Of a stretch of DNA of 64,000 bases, positions 62,389-64,000 are shown piece after piece. Each line of letters begins with the position of its first letter. The stretch's first letter is position 1. The notes below the pieces were generated by a model. That model saw nothing but the letters and a program-made list of their open reading frames with translations, did not search any database and was not told where the DNA came from. Both the position numbers and the translations under genes were made by a program. Source of the stretch: Octopus bimaculoides (Eukaryota); the NCBI RefSeq assembly GCF_001194135.2, contig NC_069001.1, forward strand, positions 18,219,938-18,283,937. The letters run 5' to 3'.

Positions 62389-62390
<2 letters not shown>
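60005..62390 (-). mobile_element. Penelope-like element in partial-tandem (pseudo-LTR) layout: GIY-YIG end, UTR with hammerhead, then start of RT ORF
   Basis: Minus order: YIKSARTVFKQHLYNQKFSF...KWRII..KLCIAE..LLNSRQEICSFC (62105-61790), then UTR, then ATG ~61354 MERYDIGYSTKNIP...MR*K...AFITIKDHK...INVAKSEIG...FDTVNFYPS...FDVLMGAYDSANICDLIGLY...FLDVTL...KPYHKPN. Many stops and frameshifts. Confidence 0.9.
61541..61602 (-). ncRNA. Type I hammerhead ribozyme fold (two core substitutions)
   Basis: AGAGT CgGATGA gt-CGTCCATA...TATGGATG-t GAAAC CATT GaTC ACTCT. Stem I AGAGT/ACTCT and an 8-bp stem II are present. It lies between the GIY-YIG end and the RT start. Confidence 0.7.
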
Positions 62391-62441
<51 letters not shown>

Positions 62442-62829
62442 TATTATAACTGAAAGGCTCTGATTTCTAGTACTCCAAGTTGCCTGTTTCCAACCATCAG
62501 CTGGTTACCAAGCCTGGTTTTCTTTTGAATATTTGCTGTCTGAATATTCCTTGAAATATGAAATAAAGATATGAAGTAAATGCCTATCATTATGTTCTTT
62601 CATTTAGAAAACTTTGTGAACAACAGGAGTGAAAACAGCTACTTCAAAAGTAGAGCCCTGTATGAAGATGGATAGATACAACTGATAAGGAACAAAGATC
62701 AATTTGACTTCTTCGCCTAAAATATTCCAGTTTCGTTGAGAAAGTATTATATAAAATGCATGGTGTGTCCATTTTTCCAAAAGCAGAGACCCCGGGCATT
62801 GTAAAGAGGAAAAATTATAACTGCCACAA

Positions 62830-63270
62830 TTTATATAAAGGAAACCTTTGATTTCAGTAAATAGGACTTAGCATTACTGTAGATACAAACCTTGCTGTTG
62901 TTAATTTTCTTGATGCAACATTAAGGTAGATAATGATAGTTTTGAACCATACCACAAACCAAATGAGAAGTTAGTATACATAGACAATCAAATCACCCAT
63001 TTTGTATACTGAGGAACTTGGCTGACAATATTAGTGAATTGGTATCTTTGTTATCTTCTGACAAAGATGCTTTTATGAGTGCACCTGGGTGTTATAATAA
63101 AGTGCTTAGAAATTGTGAGTTCTCTGATAAGATTAGATATATAAAAAAAAAAACACTGTGAATATACAGTGCAAGAATAGGAATAGGAATATTTTATGGT
63201 GCAACTCAATATTTAGCTTAGCAGTATAAACTAACAGAGTGAGAGAATTTCTTAATTTAATAGGATCTTC
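62830..63270 (+). pseudogene. Penelope-like RT C-terminal fragment (a different copy, opposite strand)
   Basis: GLSITVDTNLAVVNFLDATL...FEPYHKPNEKLVYID..NHP..LRNLADNISELVSLLSSDKDAF...RNRNILWCNSIFSLAV. Confidence 0.75.
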
Positions 63271-63438
63271 TCTGTTTGGCTGCCACTTTTCAATTTCTTC
63301 AATTTCTGTTCCAATTGATTTCATATTTGTTGAGTTGATGTAGTTTTGTGTTCTAATTATTGACATGAAATTCATTTTTTCTCTAACCAATAAACAAACA
63401 GTTAATAGCTTTTAAATTTTACAAATTTTGGGTAATTT

Positions 63439-63535
63439 TAGCCAATCAAAAGCCACAAACATATAGGTACCTGTTTCCATAGTAACAAGCCAAGCATTAG
63501 AACTCTTGTTTACAAAAAACCACATGTGTTTACAA
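63439..63535. promoter_or_regulatory. Candidate regulatory module: CCAAT box + RFX X-box + two forkhead sites
   Basis: agCCAATc at 63442-46, GTTTCCATAGTAAC at 63473-86, TGTTTAC at 63507-13 and 63527-33. Motif match only, with no linked gene seen. Confidence 0.4.
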
Positions 63536-63961
63536 ATTGATATTTTATGCTGTTTTCCTGCTTGTATCCATCTGTTGCTGTCTTCAGAAATTTTGTGTTG
63601 CATTTCCCATCACTTGAATGTTTAAAGCTATCAAATATATGTTGTTAACTTGTTTTATGACCATTTTCGCTTACTAAATGCTTAAAGCATGTGCTATAAT
63701 TGCAATGGTGATATTGTTTTCTCATCTTACAATTGCAGTCGCACACAAAATGACAGCTAGTAAATCCTGTTTTTTTGACTGAGTAAAAATGATCAGACAT
63801 TAAATCTCTGTAACTTTTTTTATTTCTGAAACAAGCGAACTAGGCCCTGAGGTTCAGCATGAAAAATTACATCAATACACCAAATTTGAAAATTTTCACT
63901 TTATTTTAAAATTTCAAAAAGTACAGCCACACAGAAAAGATCCATTTGATATATCACCATT

Positions 63962-64000
<39 letters not shown>

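Overview
Repeat-saturated, AT-rich animal DNA from a draft assembly with 11 N-gaps (4977-5928, 22686-22827, 31255-31532, 32588-32687, 37921-38892, 41464-41803, 42622-42631, 49067-49420, 55857-56175, 58774-58848, 59484-59800). The repeat landscape resembles an octopus/coleoid cephalopod genome; this is my inference from memory and was not verified. I could not identify any host protein-coding gene, rRNA or true tRNA, so the window reads as intergenic or a large intron. Mobile element content: (i) decayed LINEs of CR1 type (2525-4830), RTE type (several), R4/Dong type (29638-30432) and CRE type (54655-57150); (ii) a Helitron with Rep and PIF1 coding remnants and a CTAG end (49751-~54130, possibly extending to 58321); (iii) three Penelope-like pieces, one with the pseudo-LTR layout and a hammerhead-like fold (60005-62390); (iv) Tc1/mariner, hAT and piggyBac-type MITEs with readable TIRs and TSDs; (v) many tRNA-headed SINEs and microsatellites. 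The most unusual object is a 458-bp TSD-flanked, nearly fully palindromic insertion (11634-12091) that joins a tRNA-derived Pol III head to a hammerhead-like motif. Other leads are a CRE element apparently nested in a Helitron, a second hammerhead-like repeat family with a variant core, and a CCAAT/X-box/forkhead motif cluster near the right end. All alignments, translations and folds were done by eye, and edges without a TSD or TIR are approximate.
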